This document shows, in pieces, positions 62,673-64,000 of a stretch of 64,000 nt of DNA (positions within the stretch are counted from its first letter, which is position 1; the number at the start of each line of letters is the position of its first letter). Position numbers and translations under genes: made by a program. This DNA comes from Felis catus (taxonomy: Eukaryota), in assembly GCF_018350175.1 (NCBI RefSeq), contig NC_058369.1:22694001-22758000 (forward strand), in the 5' to 3' direction. The notes under the pieces were generated by a model that saw only the letters and a list, made by a program, of their open reading frames with translations, was not told where the DNA came from and ran no database searches.

Positions 62673-62673
62673 C
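62633..62673. repeat. (TG)15(CG)4 microsatellite
   Basis: Read directly. Confidence 0.95.
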
Positions 62674-63079
62674 CCGTGCTATTTGGGGCAATGGAGTTGG
62701 TTCATTCAGATTTGTGTTACATAGAAGGAGATCTCTGTTTGTGCTATGATTCCAAGTCCCTCAAATCATCGCCAGGCTGTGCAGTTACTGTAAAATGTAA
62801 TGTCATTGGGAAAGTGGGGCTTGTATTAACTGAAGTTGGCTTTTGGATTTCAGTGTATTTCTGGTAATGGATTCCATGGTTTTTTTTTCCCCTAATGTTT
62901 TTTTTTATATATATAACATCCATTATTCTATTTCCTGGTACCTTATTTCTGGTTTTCTGCTGGAATCTGCCCTTTCCTGACCCCCATCCCACAGGGTTTG
63001 AGGGGCAGGTGTGGGCACGAGGCTAAGGCTTGTGCAGTCGATAGGTTGCCACAGTCCTTACCGTGGTGCGTGGGGTCCA

Positions 63080-63305
63080 AGCTGCTCTGGCCTCGTCACC
63101 TTCCTGATCTTACTTCTTGCCGTTTTCTCCTTTCCTCACTGTGGGTCATCTCCTCCCTCTGAGCCTTTGTGCCTGCAGCCCCCTTGCCCAGAGCCTTCTT
63201 CCCCCGGAGAGCCAGCCAGCTTGCCCTGCACTTCATTTCGGTCTCTGTTCAAATGTCAATTCCTAGAGGCACTTTTCCTGTTCATTCTCACTAAAAGCAC
63301 CTCTG
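63080..63305 (+). mobile_element. L2 fragment
   Basis: gagcctttgtgcctgc...cacttcatttcggtctctgttcaaatgtcaattcctagaggcacttttcctg. Confidence 0.75.
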
Positions 63306-63400
63306 GCTAATACTGTGTTGTGTAAGCACCTTTGAGTCAGGCTCTGTTCCTTCCTACTGAAGAGGTCCAGGTGATGATGCCGCCTTCTTTCAGGCTCCTT

Positions 63401-63498
63401 CAGTGTGTGTTCTCACTGTCCTCCAAGATTCCCAGCGCTTGGACCCCGGCAGCGTGTGCTCTCACTGTTCTCCAGGACTCCCAGAGCTCGGACTCTGG
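63401..63498. repeat. Diverged 49-bp tandem duplication
   Basis: 63401-63449 versus 63450-63498: 40/49 identical, no gaps. Confidence 0.85.
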
Positions 63499-64000
63499 CA
63501 ATGGTAGATCCCACATCCCCACGGTGGAGCCCCGGGTAGATCCCTGACCTTCTGGTGCCTGAGTCAGAGCAGCGGTGTCTGTTCACCCCCAGTGAGGTAA
63601 GTCAGTGGAGATTAGTTGGAGGTTGTGTGGAGAGAGGAGGAGACTCAGAGGTGTGGTATAGACACAAAATCAGTCCCGGTGCCCAGCGTCTCCTCTGACC
63701 TGAAGGGACCATGAAGGTTGGTTCATCCTGTCATCTGGTACACATGCATGGGATGACAGCACATAGCGGAAGCTGGGAAAGGAGCTCACCGTTATTGCCA
63801 CTAGCACCCCCTTCTCCAAGAGCTCAAAGCCCTGAGGGGCTGAAGGTGCTGGGGCATCTCCAGCAATATGTAACCACTAGGTACTGAGAACGTCTTTTCA
63901 TTTATCCACCTGCTGATTCTTACAACAGATTCAAAATCTCTTTGTTGTCTTAGTTCCTGGTGTGGCACTTGTAGAGTGTACATAATTAACTGCACTTCCC

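Noticed and set aside
1..64000. Neighbouring CACNA2D3 exons (VVKLWASAFGGEIK..., RLVEAAEEAHLKHEF...) or a nested gene
   Set aside because: Neither peptide nor any other recognisable non-transposon protein appears in the ORF track or on reading. Very short exons could have been missed.

Overview
Mammalian genomic DNA from a felid (cat family). This is inferred from about 15 carnivore tRNA-derived Can-SINEs, including two young SINEC_Fc-type copies, and a felid-type L1 3' end. The only protein-coding sequence I can support is one 117-bp, phase 0/0 exon at 35836-35952 (+). It encodes KYKEYEKDVAIEEIDGLQLVKKLAKNMEEMFHKKSEAVR, which matches my recollection of the N-terminal region (exon 3) of CACNA2D3, the voltage-gated calcium channel alpha2delta-3 subunit. 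The rest is the two flanking introns. They contain SINE, L1, L2, MIR, MLT1, hAT and Tigger fossils, microsatellites, and several repeat-free blocks with enhancer-like motifs. I found no new gene system. The notable items are a perfect 75-bp tandem duplication near the exon, a twin-primed inverted micro-L1, a SINE triplet probably formed by unequal crossover, a double-tailed SINE chimera, an inverted pair of young SINEs bracketing the exon, and candidate cryptic or micro-exons. Repeat family names come from remembered consensus sequences, and the boundaries of old repeats are approximate.
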